Below, piece by piece: positions 18,768 through 28,294 of a stretch of 64,000 nt of DNA. The stretch is from contig JAGAKP010000064.1 in NCBI GenBank assembly GCA_017625615.1, positions 608 to 64,607 of the forward strand, given 5' to 3'. Position numbers and translations under genes: made by a program. The stretch is from Clostridia bacterium. GTDB lineage: Bacteria; Bacillota; Clostridia; Oscillospirales; CAG-382. The notes beneath the pieces are model-generated. The model saw only the letters and a program-made list of their open reading frames with translations, ran no database searches and was not told the DNA's origin. Within the stretch, counting starts at the first letter, position 1. Every line of letters starts with the position of its first letter.

Positions 18768-19267
18768 TGAAAAGATTTCTCGAAGCAGGCAGGCTTAATT
18801 CCCCCCGCGGAATTAAGGGCGAGCTTAAATTCTCCTGCTGGTGTGACAGCCCCGATTATCTTGAGGGAGTGGAATATCTCTATCTCGATCCCAAGGGCGA
18901 AAAAAGATTAAAAATAGTTAATTACCGTCCCAATATTCCCTCCATCGTTTTCGAGGGATACGAGGACCGTACCGCCTGCGCGGTGCTTACCGGCAGAACG
19001 GTATATTTTGACCGTTACGACCCTGCTCTCCCCGGGGACGTAATTTATAACGACGATCTTATCGGGCTACCCGTTTACGACGCGGAGACCGAGGAGAATA
19101 TCGGTACCCTTCAGCGTATCGACGAGACCATCGGCGGATTTTTATATTATATCGCAGGGGGAGAAAAGGAATATCTTATGCCCGCAGTGGACAGATATAT
19201 AGTGTCCGTTGACCTTGAACGGGGCATACGCGTCCACGTGGACGAAGGACTCAGGATAGGAAGCTGA
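18767..19267 (+). CDS. rimM: 16S rRNA processing protein RimM
   Basis: 166 aa. The start overlaps the KH gene stop (ATGA). Conserved synteny just before trmD. Confidence 0.8.
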   Translation: MKRFLEAGRLNSPRGIKGELKFSCWCDSPDYLEGVEYLYLDPKGEKRLKIVNYRPNIPSIVFEGYEDRTACAVLTGRTVYFDRYDPALPGDVIYNDDLIGLPVYDAETEENIGTLQRIDETIGGFLYYIAGGEKEYLMPAVDRYIVSVDLERGIRVHVDEGLRIGS

Positions 19268-19272
19268 TATTT

Positions 19273-19974
19273 TTGCATTACGAAGTTCTTACGCTGTTTC
19301 CCGAAATGCTGGATAATTATTTTAACACCAGCATTATCGGCAGAGCCCGCGCAAAGGGCATTTTCACACTTAATACAAACGATATCAGATCGTATACCAA
19401 AGATAAGCACCGCCGTGTGGACGATTCTCCCTACGGCGGCGGCTTTGGTCTTGTTATGGCCTGCCAACCTATCGTAGATTGCATCCGCGACGTTAAGAAG
19501 CGTCTTAACGGCACGGTGAGGACAATATATTTTTCGCCTCAGGGAAGCCTTTTTAACCAGCAGAAGGCGCGTGAGCTTTTGCAGTACGATAACCTCATTC
19601 TCCTTTGCGGACATTACGAGGGTATCGACGAGCGCGTTATCGAGTTGGAGATAGACGAGGAGATCTCTATCGGCGATTACGTTCTTACAGGCGGTGAAAT
19701 TGCCGCCGAAATAGTGGTGGACGCCACCGCAAGAATGCTTGAGGGAGTCCTTAAGGACCCCGAATGCTACGAAAAAGAAAGCTTATCGGACGGATTGCTT
19801 GAATACCCCCAGTATACCCGTCCCAGAGTTTTTGAAGGACTTGAAGTGCCCGAGGTGCTTGTAAACGGCAACCACGCCGAGATAAAAAAATGGCAGGCGG
19901 AGCAATCCCTGCTTCGTACCCGCCGTAAGCGCCCCGACCTTTTAAAGTCGGAAAACGAGGAAGACAAGAAATGA
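19273..19974 (+). CDS. trmD: tRNA (guanine37-N1)-methyltransferase
   Basis: 233 aa with a TTG start. LTLFPEML, DDSPYGGG and CGHYEGIDERV motifs. Confidence 0.9.
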   Translation: MHYEVLTLFPEMLDNYFNTSIIGRARAKGIFTLNTNDIRSYTKDKHRRVDDSPYGGGFGLVMACQPIVDCIRDVKKRLNGTVRTIYFSPQGSLFNQQKARELLQYDNLILLCGHYEGIDERVIELEIDEEISIGDYVLTGGEIAAEIVVDATARMLEGVLKDPECYEKESLSDGLLEYPQYTRPRVFEGLEVPEVLVNGNHAEIKKWQAEQSLLRTRRKRPDLLKSENEEDKK

Positions 19975-21737
19975 AAGCACGCGGCAAAAACGGCTCGTAT
20001 TTCTCACGGCTCATCGGCGGGAGCCGTATTTGGTCGCGCTTTTTTTCGGTAGACTCTGTTTCCTCTCACCGTGAAAACGGCTCTCTCCGCGAGGAGAATA
20101 TGTTTTCGCAAAGCCTTCTGGGCTCACTTTACGGCACCGCTGCGCGCTTTGCCGCACGGGCGCGGACCTTTTGCGCCTCTTATGCAGAAAAAAGCAAAAT
20201 ATTCTCCGCTCTTTCCTCCTTTTTCAGAGGACTGATGGATACCTCCGTCAGCAGTGTCGGAGTATTTTTGTTTTTCACGGCTATGTATTCCGCCGCAATG
20301 TACGTCGTAAAGCTGTATGCGGGCAGACCTGCGGATACCTTTGATCTTATATATTCCGTAGTCATCGCCCTTATGGGAATTTTCCTTCTTCCCGTCCGCC
20401 GCAGTCTGCTGGGCTGTGTACGGCAGGGAATACTCACCTCGTATATTACCGAGGAGATGCTTGCAGTAAGCTCCTTTGCTCTGGATACGGAAAAGCAGGG
20501 AAAAAAGCACGTCGGTTGGGCGGTGCTCTTCGGCACCGTGGCGGGACTTGCGGGATTTCTGTTTTCACCGCTGGATATAGTGCTTTTCCTTCTTGCAGTT
20601 GCTCTCTGCGCGGTTGTAATATATTCACCGGAGGGCGGCTTGTATATCTCCGCGTTTTTGCTTCCCTTCGTGCCGTCGTACGTTTCCGCCTCGGTGGCTG
20701 TGCTGGCAGGTATAAGCTATCTGCTCAAGCTTCTTGTGGGCAAGCGTAATTTTTATCTCACTACGGCGGATATTTTCGTTTTCCTGTTCACCCTTGCTAT
20801 GGGTGCGGCGGGAATCACCACTCCCTTTGGCTCCGAAAGCACTGCGGTCACCGTCCTTACGGTAGCCGTGTTATATATACTTTGCGTAAACCTTATGCGC
20901 AGCGGGGATCAGCTTTTCCGCCTTATGCGCGCTTTGAACAGCGGCGCTCTGATGCTTGCGCTGTGCTGTATCTTTTCCTTCTTTTTCCCTGATGAATTGG
21001 GCGCTTTCGGTGCCGCCGTCAGTGAAAAGATAAACTACGTCACAATGCTTCCGCTTCTTTTGCCCGCCTCCCTTTGCGTCACCTTTGTGCGCGGTGCGTT
21101 CTCGTCGGGACTTATTACCGTCTTTGCCATATATACGGCGGTGGCGCTCACCTTTTCCGAATGGCTGTATATCGCCGCCATCGTCATCACCGTGCTGTTC
21201 CTCGTTTCCTCCTTCCGCAAGCGCGTGGGTATAATCCTCGGCGGTGCACTTTCCGTGGGAGGGGTAATGGTACTCTTCGGAACGGGTATAATAAATGGAG
21301 AAATGCTTAACGTGACTCTCGGCTCTGCCGCAGAAACGGCAACCGCGTGGAAATACGCTCCGTGGGGCATAGGATTTGGTGAAAAGGCATTTAACTTCGC
21401 CTTCCGCAGCACGGGCTACGGAGACGCCGTACCCACCGACCTGTATTCGGCAATAACCGTTGCGGGCGGCGTGCTTTCACTTTTGCTGTTTGCGGTAATG
21501 CTCACCCTTCTTCTTCGCCGCGGAATGTCGGTAATGAAGGGCAAAACCGTTAAAATATTCAAATATCCCGCCGCGGCGGCGCTTTCCGCCGTCTGCGCCT
21601 TTGTGCTGTACGGATTTTTCGGCGGAACATGGGATTTGTTTGCAAATATACTGCTTTTCGCCGTTACGTGCGGATGTATGAGCTGTCTTCCCAGAGTTTA
21701 TGAAAGAGAGGTAGGAGAGGAATATGAAATTAAGTAA
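19971..21737 (+). CDS. Polytopic membrane protein; possibly O-antigen-ligase/Wzy-like, unverified
   Basis: 588 aa with at least 10 hydrophobic segments. The start overlaps the trmD stop (ATGA). Confidence 0.45.
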   Translation: MKARGKNGSYFSRLIGGSRIWSRFFSVDSVSSHRENGSLREENMFSQSLLGSLYGTAARFAARARTFCASYAEKSKIFSALSSFFRGLMDTSVSSVGVFLFFTAMYSAAMYVVKLYAGRPADTFDLIYSVVIALMGIFLLPVRRSLLGCVRQGILTSYITEEMLAVSSFALDTEKQGKKHVGWAVLFGTVAGLAGFLFSPLDIVLFLLAVALCAVVIYSPEGGLYISAFLLPFVPSYVSASVAVLAGISYLLKLLVGKRNFYLTTADIFVFLFTLAMGAAGITTPFGSESTAVTVLTVAVLYILCVNLMRSGDQLFRLMRALNSGALMLALCCIFSFFFPDELGAFGAAVSEKINYVTMLPLLLPASLCVTFVRGAFSSGLITVFAIYTAVALTFSEWLYIAAIVITVLFLVSSFRKRVGIILGGALSVGGVMVLFGTGIINGEMLNVTLGSAAETATAWKYAPWGIGFGEKAFNFAFRSTGYGDAVPTDLYSAITVAGGVLSLLLFAVMLTLLLRRGMSVMKGKTVKIFKYPAAAALSAVCAFVLYGFFGGTWDLFANILLFAVTCGCMSCLPRVYEREVGEEYEIK

Positions 21738-22215
21738 AAAGGTATTCAATTCATTGGATGCGGTAATTATCGCCGTGTTTGTCCTGCTTTTCGTATTTCT
21801 GGCAGTAAAGAACATTTCCGAGGTAAACTGGGGCACCGAAAATATAACCGTTACTCTTGCGGCGGAAAAGGTGCCGGATAACGTTATTCCCGAAATAAAG
21901 GAAGGGGACAAGCTGTACACCGCCTCGGGCGAGCTTATCGGTACGGTAAAGCGCGTTTATATCACCCAAGCCACCGAAACCTATGCGGATACCCGCGTTG
22001 ACAGCGGCAATCGCTGGCCGCTGGTCACCGTTGACGTGCCCGACCACAGCCGTATATCCCTTACTCTGGATATAGAAGCCGTGTCCGATTCCCGCGGTTA
22101 TTCGGTAAACGGTGTAAGCATTAAGGTTAACCGAAAACTGGAATTTTATATTAATGGCTTTTCCGCCGATGGATATTTTACGTCTGTTTCGGAGGTGAAG
22201 GCAAATGAAAAATAA
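21724..22215 (+). CDS. Membrane-anchored protein, DUF4330-like (from memory)
   Basis: 163 aa. N-terminal anchor LDAVIIAVFVLLFVFLAV. Overlaps both neighbouring genes. Confidence 0.45.
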   Translation: MKLSKKVFNSLDAVIIAVFVLLFVFLAVKNISEVNWGTENITVTLAAEKVPDNVIPEIKEGDKLYTASGELIGTVKRVYITQATETYADTRVDSGNRWPLVTVDVPDHSRISLTLDIEAVSDSRGYSVNGVSIKVNRKLEFYINGFSADGYFTSVSEVKANEK

Positions 22216-22732
22216 GCTTAAAAAGTTCAACGTTCTTGATTTTATTATAATTCTTCTGGTTGCCGTTATCATCGCAGGTGCATTCTTCCGCGGCGAGATA
22301 ATCCGTCTCGTTTCGGGTGAGGAAACGGTCACTATGGAGATAACCTTTGAGACCGAGCCCCTTTCCACCCTTTATTACAGCTATTTCGTTGACGGTGATA
22401 ATATTTATATTTCGGATACGGATAAGCTTTTGGGCAGTATGGGCGATCTTTCAAAAACGCTGGCACCCGTGCTGGTTCAGATGGACGACGGCAGCTACGA
22501 GGAGGATATCGAGCTTGAACGAAGCGTGGTATCGGGAACCCTCACGGTTGAGGGATATATGCGCGACGGAGTCTTCTCTCTTACCGACGGAACGGTTATC
22601 GCCGCAGGCGATAAGCTGACCGCAGAGGGCAGTCTTATAGCCTTCGAGATGACGGTGACGAGCGTTTCAAAGGCAGAAAATACGCAAAAGACACCCCTTT
22701 TGCCCTCAGAACAGTCGAATACCTCAAAATAA
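22205..22732 (+). CDS. Membrane-anchored protein, DUF4330-like paralog
   Basis: 175 aa. FNVLDFIIILLVAVIIAGAFF is the N-terminal pattern typical of DUF4330. Confidence 0.5.
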   Translation: MKNKLKKFNVLDFIIILLVAVIIAGAFFRGEIIRLVSGEETVTMEITFETEPLSTLYYSYFVDGDNIYISDTDKLLGSMGDLSKTLAPVLVQMDDGSYEEDIELERSVVSGTLTVEGYMRDGVFSLTDGTVIAAGDKLTAEGSLIAFEMTVTSVSKAENTQKTPLLPSEQSNTSK

Positions 22733-22735
22733 TGC

Positions 22736-22764
22736 TTGACAACGGCAGGCAATTCAATTATAAT
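22736..22764 (+). promoter_or_regulatory. Sigma-A promoter for ptsH
   Basis: TTGACA, 17-nt spacer, TATAAT. Both hexamers are consensus. About 40 nt upstream of the ATG. Confidence 0.7.
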
Positions 22765-22804
22765 TATAACATTACATTAGTCATTTTTAACGGAGGAAGA
22801 TAAA

Positions 22805-23068
22805 ATGCTTTCAAAGGAGATCACATTGGTAAACAGCGTGGGACTTCACGCACGCCCTGCCACTTTCTTTATACAGAAAGCAAACTCATACAGATGCTCC
22901 GTGTGGATAGAAAACAACTCCCGTCGCGCCAACGCAAAGAGCCTGCTGGGTGTTCTCTCCCTTGGCGTCCGCCAGGGCGATTCTGTCACACTCATTGCAG
23001 ACGGAATGGATGAAAACGAGGCTATCGAGGGACTCTGCACCCTTATACTCAGCGGATTTGCAGATTAA
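22805..23068 (+). CDS. ptsH: Phosphocarrier protein HPr
   Basis: 87 aa. GLHARPA (His15) and NAKSLLGVLSLG (Ser46 region). Confidence 0.9.
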   Translation: MLSKEITLVNSVGLHARPATFFIQKANSYRCSVWIENNSRRANAKSLLGVLSLGVRQGDSVTLIADGMDENEAIEGLCTLILSGFAD

Positions 23069-23100
23069 AAAACTGTAAATAAAAACGTCATCTCAATGTT

Positions 23101-23138
23101 AAGGGGAGGGGCTTGCCCCTCCCGTTTTTGTTTTTTTT
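23101..23138 (+). terminator. Intrinsic terminator after ptsH
   Basis: GGGGAGGGGCTTGCCCCTCCC followed by GTTTTTGTTTTTTTT. Confidence 0.85.
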
Positions 23139-23150
23139 CGGTGATTATTT

Positions 23151-24956
23151 ATGACCAAGGAACAGTTACTTGAAAAAGCCCGTCTTCTCCCCCCGACACC
23201 GGGCGTATATATAATGCGTAATACCGCGGGCAAGGTCATTTACGTAGGTAAATCAAAGGCGCTGTGCAACCGCGTCAGCTCCTATTTTGCCCAGACTCAT
23301 ACGGGTAAGACTGCCCGTATGGTGGCGTCCGTCCACGATTTTGAGGTGTACCACACCGCCACCGAATTAGAGGCGTTACTGCTTGAAAATTCGTTTATAA
23401 AGCAGTATATGCCAAGATACAATATAAAGCTTAAGGATTCCTCGGGATACCCTTATTTGAAAATAACCGACGAGGAATATCCCCGCCTTACCACAGTGTA
23501 CAAGCGCGAGGACGACCGTTCCCGCTATTTCGGACCATTTTCGTCATACGTTGTGGCGCGTAATATTGCGGATACTGCCCGCCGTACCTTCGGCATACCC
23601 ACCTGCAACCGTGTTTTCCCCCGCGATATCGGCAAAAGCAGACCTTGCCTCAACGCGCAGATAGGCTTGTGCGTTGCCCCCTGCTCGGGAAAGGTTACGG
23701 CGCAGGAGTATAAAGAGGTGTTTGCAAACGCATCCCGCTTTCTCGGCGGTGAATATACCTTCCTCATAAAAGAGCTTACCGAGAAAATGAATACGGCGGC
23801 GGAGGATATGTATTACGAGCGCGCCGCCAAATACCGCGACCAGATAAACGCGGTGAAAAAGCTTGGGGATAAACAGCATATCGTTGGCGCACCTGATTTT
23901 GACGGCGATTTTATCGGAGTTTACCGCGACGATCTCGGCTCTGCGGTAAATCTTTTCTTCGTCCGCCGCGGTGCCGTTGCAGACAGAGAGTGCCTTTATT
24001 TCGGCGCAGACGAAATTCTGGATTCGGGCACGCTGGTCTCCCTGCTTCAAAGATTATACACTCTGCGCGGCTACATTCCCGCGGATATTTATACCGCATT
24101 TGAAGTTGAAAAAGAGGATATCGACCTTTTCGAAGCGTGGGCAAAGGATTTTACGGGACTTAAGACCGTATTCCACGTGACCCGCCGAGGAGATAAAAAA
24201 ATACTTGCGGAAATGGCGTCCACCAACGCAAAGGAATTACTGCTTCACAAGCGTAAAAGCGAGGAAAAGGACGTGGGCGTTCTTGCAAATCTTGCTTCCT
24301 TTTTGTGTCTCGAGACGGTGCCCGAGCGTATTGAGGCGTACGATATCTCCAATTCCGGCGAGGAATACACCACCGCGGGTATGACGGTGGTAATAAAGGG
24401 CAGATTTGCCAAAAAGCAGTACCGCACCTTTAATATCCGCGAACACGCCCAAAACGATTACGGCGCAACGGAGGAGGCTTTGTCCCGCCGCTTTTCCCAC
24501 ACCGAATGGGAATTGCCCGATCTTATTTTGATGGACGGCGGCGTACAGCACGTTGCCGTGGCAAAAAGGGTGCTTGCGGAAAAGGGACTTTCATACATTC
24601 CCGTTTTCGGTATGATAAAGGACGAGCACCACAAGACCCGCTCTCTTACCGACGGGGTAAACGAAATAGGTCTTACCACCAGACAGGATCTTTTCGTGTT
24701 CATATACCGTATTCAGGAGGAGGTCCATCGGTTTTCCCTTGACCGAATGGATAAAAAACGCCGAAAATCCGTAAGCACAAGCTCTCTCACCGCCATAAAG
24801 GGCGTTGGCGAAAAGACCGCCGCGGCAATTCTCGGCCACTTCGGCTCATTCAAGGCGGTAAAGCAGGCAACAAAAGAGGAACTGCTTAAGGTAAAGGGAC
24901 TTAGCGAAAAAACAGCAGACAGCATTATCAGCTATTTTGAAGGAGATAAAAAATGA
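23151..24956 (+). CDS. uvrC: Excinuclease ABC subunit C
   Basis: 601 aa. GIY-YIG start GVYIMRNTAGKVIYVGKSKAL, UVR domain, C-terminal HhH. Confidence 0.95.
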   Translation: MTKEQLLEKARLLPPTPGVYIMRNTAGKVIYVGKSKALCNRVSSYFAQTHTGKTARMVASVHDFEVYHTATELEALLLENSFIKQYMPRYNIKLKDSSGYPYLKITDEEYPRLTTVYKREDDRSRYFGPFSSYVVARNIADTARRTFGIPTCNRVFPRDIGKSRPCLNAQIGLCVAPCSGKVTAQEYKEVFANASRFLGGEYTFLIKELTEKMNTAAEDMYYERAAKYRDQINAVKKLGDKQHIVGAPDFDGDFIGVYRDDLGSAVNLFFVRRGAVADRECLYFGADEILDSGTLVSLLQRLYTLRGYIPADIYTAFEVEKEDIDLFEAWAKDFTGLKTVFHVTRRGDKKILAEMASTNAKELLLHKRKSEEKDVGVLANLASFLCLETVPERIEAYDISNSGEEYTTAGMTVVIKGRFAKKQYRTFNIREHAQNDYGATEEALSRRFSHTEWELPDLILMDGGVQHVAVAKRVLAEKGLSYIPVFGMIKDEHHKTRSLTDGVNEIGLTTRQDLFVFIYRIQEEVHRFSLDRMDKKRRKSVSTSSLTAIKGVGEKTAAAILGHFGSFKAVKQATKEELLKVKGLSEKTADSIISYFEGDKK

Positions 24957-25495
24957 GAATTATTACCGGAAAAGCCAGAGGCGCACGCCTTAACACCCTC
25001 CCCGGCGAGGCAACCCGCCCCACCTCGGAAAAGGTAAAGGAGGCTATTTTTTCCGCAATACAGTTTGATATAGGCGACAGAAAGGTGCTCGACCTTTTCG
25101 GCGGCTCCGGTCAGCTCGCTCTTGAGGCACTTTCCAGAGGAGCGGAAAGCGCGGTTATCGTAGATTCCTCCCGCGCCGCAAGCGAGGTCATCCGCAACAA
25201 CGCCGCAAAAACAAAGCTTATTGCCGATTGCCGTATCGTAACCGCAGATTGGAAGGATTACCTGCGTATGGCAAGCGGAAAGCAAAAGTTTTCTCTCGTC
25301 TTTCTGGACCCCCCTTATAAGGAAGGCTTTATCGACGAGGTGCTGAAGCGTATGTTTGCCTCCGATATTCTTGAGCAGGATTGCATAATCATCGCAGAAT
25401 CCGCCTCCGACGGCGTTCCCGTCCCTCCCGACGGATGGGATTGTAAGGGATACCGCTACGGCTCCACCGCCGTCACGGTAATGAGAAGGGAATAA
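24953..25495 (+). CDS. rsmD: 16S rRNA (guanine966-N2)-methyltransferase RsmD
   Basis: 180 aa. MRIITGKARG, RPTSEKVKEAIF and FLDPPY. Confidence 0.85.
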   Translation: MRIITGKARGARLNTLPGEATRPTSEKVKEAIFSAIQFDIGDRKVLDLFGGSGQLALEALSRGAESAVIVDSSRAASEVIRNNAAKTKLIADCRIVTADWKDYLRMASGKQKFSLVFLDPPYKEGFIDEVLKRMFASDILEQDCIIIAESASDGVPVPPDGWDCKGYRYGSTAVTVMRRE

Positions 25496-25499
25496 AAAA

Positions 25500-25976
25500 A
25501 TGGCAAAGGCTATTTTGCCGGGCAGCTACGATCCCGCAACGGCAGGCCACATCGATATCATCCTGCGGGCAAAAGAGCTTTACGGCGACGTTACCGTGGG
25601 AATCCTCTTTAACCCCGATAAAGAGTACCTTTTTACTCCCGAGCAAAAGAAAGGGATATTGGAAAGATCCCTTTCCGGCACGGGTATACCCGTTATAATA
25701 TGGGACGGTATGCTTTTCGAACTTTGCAACAGGGAAGGGTATACCCATATAGTAAAGGGAGTCCGCAGAGGAGATATGGAGTACGAGGAGGAAATGGCGC
25801 GCTTTAATTCCGCCCGCTGTGACGCCGTAACGGTAATGCTCCCCGCAAAGGAGGAGTATGAGTTTGTAAGCTCTACTTTGGTGCGTGAGTATCTTGCCGA
25901 GGGAAAGGATATTTCCTCCCTTTGCCCCGCGGCAGAAATAATAAAGGAATATTATGATAAAAATACAAAAATGTAG
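25500..25976 (+). CDS. coaD: Phosphopantetheine adenylyltransferase
   Basis: 158 aa. PGSYDPATAGHIDII (T/HxGH). Forms the usual pair with rsmD. Confidence 0.9.
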   Translation: MAKAILPGSYDPATAGHIDIILRAKELYGDVTVGILFNPDKEYLFTPEQKKGILERSLSGTGIPVIIWDGMLFELCNREGYTHIVKGVRRGDMEYEEEMARFNSARCDAVTVMLPAKEEYEFVSSTLVREYLAEGKDISSLCPAAEIIKEYYDKNTKM

Positions 25977-27249
25977 TCTTACCCATATCCGCGAGCCACT
26001 TATTTCCCCCTTCGGGTTCAAGGGCGGATATCTTACGGAATTATGGCAAAGCGTTGTAAAGATTCAGGCAGACGGAGTTACCGCCATTTCACCCTGCACC
26101 CAAAGCGTGCTGTGGTCGGACCCCAAGGTCTTTAACCTTTTCCCCGCAGAAAAAGGGGATAAAATAATGCTTTCGGTTACCGAAAAGGCTTGTGATATGC
26201 TTGAGGGAATGAGTTTTTCCTCTCCCGACGAGCTTATTCCGCAGATCTTGCCCGAGCTGAAAAAATACGCCTTTTCTCTTACGGGCTTTTCCGTAGCGGA
26301 AACCTTTTTGCTCAACGCCCTCGTGGGCGTGGATATTGCCCTTTGGTCGGTATATTGCAGGATAAAGGGAATAAAAACCTTTTCCCAAATGGTGCCCGAC
26401 TACGCAAAGGGAGCAATGACCGCCCGCCACCAAAGACTTGCCCGCATACCTCTTGTGTCCTACGGCGTTTCCCTTACCGATGTAAAGCGTCTTGCGGACA
26501 CGGGCACCGCGCTTATGAAGATAAAGATCGGCGCCCCCTCAGGCGAAATTGCGGGAAGCGAAGAGGATATGCGCATTATGGTGGAAAAGGATATCCGCCG
26601 TATTGCAGATATTCACGGCATAGTAAAGGACCACACGACACCGCTCACCGAAAACGGAAAAATAATGTATTATCTTGATGCCAACGGCAGATACGATACC
26701 GCTTCCCGCCTGGAGGCACTGCTTGAGGGGATAGAAGCGCTCGGCGCGTCCGACCGTATCGCCCTTATCGAAGAACCGTTCTCCGCGGAAAAGGAGATAT
26801 ACGTCGGTGATTATCCATATACCTTTAACGCAGACGAATCTGCCCATTCGGTGGAGGACGTGTGTCACCGCATCGCCTTGGGCTACAAGGCGGTGGCGTT
26901 AAAGCCTATTGCAAAAACTCTTTCCGTGTCCTTCGGTATGATCAAAGCCGCCCGCCAAAGCGGCTGCGGCGTGCTGTGCGCCGACCTTACGGTAAACCCC
27001 TTCCTTGCAGAATGGAACAAGCAGTTTGCCGCCCTTTCTCCTGCGCTTTCCACGATGAAGGTGGGCTGTATAGAGATAAACGGCGACGCGAACTACGTAA
27101 ATTGGGCGCAGATGCGTGCTCTCGTTCCCGAAGGATACGCCGTTACTGAGGAAGCCAATGGCGCTTTTGAATTAAAAGATGAATTTTTTAGCAGTTTTCC
27201 CTGTCTTTTGGGCGAAAACGGCTACGATAAATATTTCAGAGAGGTATAA
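25954..27249 (+). CDS. Enolase-superfamily enzyme (MR/MLE-like), substrate unknown
   Basis: 431 aa. KIKIG (KxK), LDANGRY, IEEPF, NADES and ALKPIAK occur in the expected order for the barrel metal and base residues. Confidence 0.6.
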   Translation: MIKIQKCSLTHIREPLISPFGFKGGYLTELWQSVVKIQADGVTAISPCTQSVLWSDPKVFNLFPAEKGDKIMLSVTEKACDMLEGMSFSSPDELIPQILPELKKYAFSLTGFSVAETFLLNALVGVDIALWSVYCRIKGIKTFSQMVPDYAKGAMTARHQRLARIPLVSYGVSLTDVKRLADTGTALMKIKIGAPSGEIAGSEEDMRIMVEKDIRRIADIHGIVKDHTTPLTENGKIMYYLDANGRYDTASRLEALLEGIEALGASDRIALIEEPFSAEKEIYVGDYPYTFNADESAHSVEDVCHRIALGYKAVALKPIAKTLSVSFGMIKAARQSGCGVLCADLTVNPFLAEWNKQFAALSPALSTMKVGCIEINGDANYVNWAQMRALVPEGYAVTEEANGAFELKDEFFSSFPCLLGENGYDKYFREV

Positions 27250-27251
27250 AA

Positions 27252-28238
27252 ATGGAAAAAATAGCACTTATTATGGGCGAATCTGCCCGCAATCTGGTCA
27301 TCAGTCCCCGTTCGATCAAGCGTATGGAATCTCTCGGTGAAGTAGTGTTTGGCGAGGGAAGCGACCGTGAATCCGTTAAAAAGGCTATCGCAGGCGCAAC
27401 CATCGCCATAACCACTTGGGGTAATACCCAATTGGACGCGGACATTCTTTCCGTCTGTCCCGATCTTAAGCTTGTGTGCCACGCCGCAGGAAGCGTAAAG
27501 CCTATCGTTTGCGACGACCTTCGGAATAAGGGCGTGCGCGTTACCGCATCTGCCGCTATGCTTTCCATGGGCGTGTCCGAAACTGCTCTGGGCTTTACCA
27601 TAGCCGCATCCAAAAATTTCTTTGCCCTTAACGAAAACCTGCACAACGGCGGCTGGGCAGAGGGTAAGGAGAACATCCGCGAATTGTACGAGCTTAATAT
27701 CGGCGTTATCGGCGGCGGCTGGGCAGGCAGACATTACATAGAGCTTATGCAGGCCTTTGACGTGGATATTTTCCTTTACGATCCCTTCGTTACCGAGGAG
27801 CAGTGCGAAAAAATGGGCTGTAAAAAGGCTTCTTTGGAAGAGGTTTTGAAGGAATCGGATATTATTTCCATTCACGCACCCTCCATTCCCGAAACCAATA
27901 ATATGTTCAACGCGGAAACTCTCGCCCTTATGAAGAAGGACGCAGTGCTTATCAACACCGCCCGCGGCAGTATTATAGACGAAAAGGCGCTTTACGAGCA
28001 TATGAAGGCGGGCAACCTCAAGTACGCTTGCCTTGACGTGTTCGAGCCGGAGCCTCCCGCGGCAGACCATCCTCTCCGCTCCCTTCCCAACGTTATTATG
28101 ACACCTCACCTTGCAGGTCTCGCCGCAAACGGACTCAAGAAGATCGGCAAGCACTGCTGTGAGGAGATAGAGAGATTCCTCAAGGGCGAAAAGATGATGT
28201 GCGAGGTCACCAAGGAACAGCTTGCCAGAATGGCGTAA
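27252..28238 (+). CDS. D-isomer-specific 2-hydroxyacid dehydrogenase family protein
   Basis: 328 aa. GVIGGGWAGR NAD motif, INTARGSIID, and catalytic-His region MTPHLAG. Confidence 0.8.
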   Translation: MEKIALIMGESARNLVISPRSIKRMESLGEVVFGEGSDRESVKKAIAGATIAITTWGNTQLDADILSVCPDLKLVCHAAGSVKPIVCDDLRNKGVRVTASAAMLSMGVSETALGFTIAASKNFFALNENLHNGGWAEGKENIRELYELNIGVIGGGWAGRHYIELMQAFDVDIFLYDPFVTEEQCEKMGCKKASLEEVLKESDIISIHAPSIPETNNMFNAETLALMKKDAVLINTARGSIIDEKALYEHMKAGNLKYACLDVFEPEPPAADHPLRSLPNVIMTPHLAGLAANGLKKIGKHCCEEIERFLKGEKMMCEVTKEQLARMA

Positions 28239-28294
28239 TGCCTTTTAAAAGAGTTCGGCGGTATAATTATTATTAAAAAACGGAGGCGGTTTTC

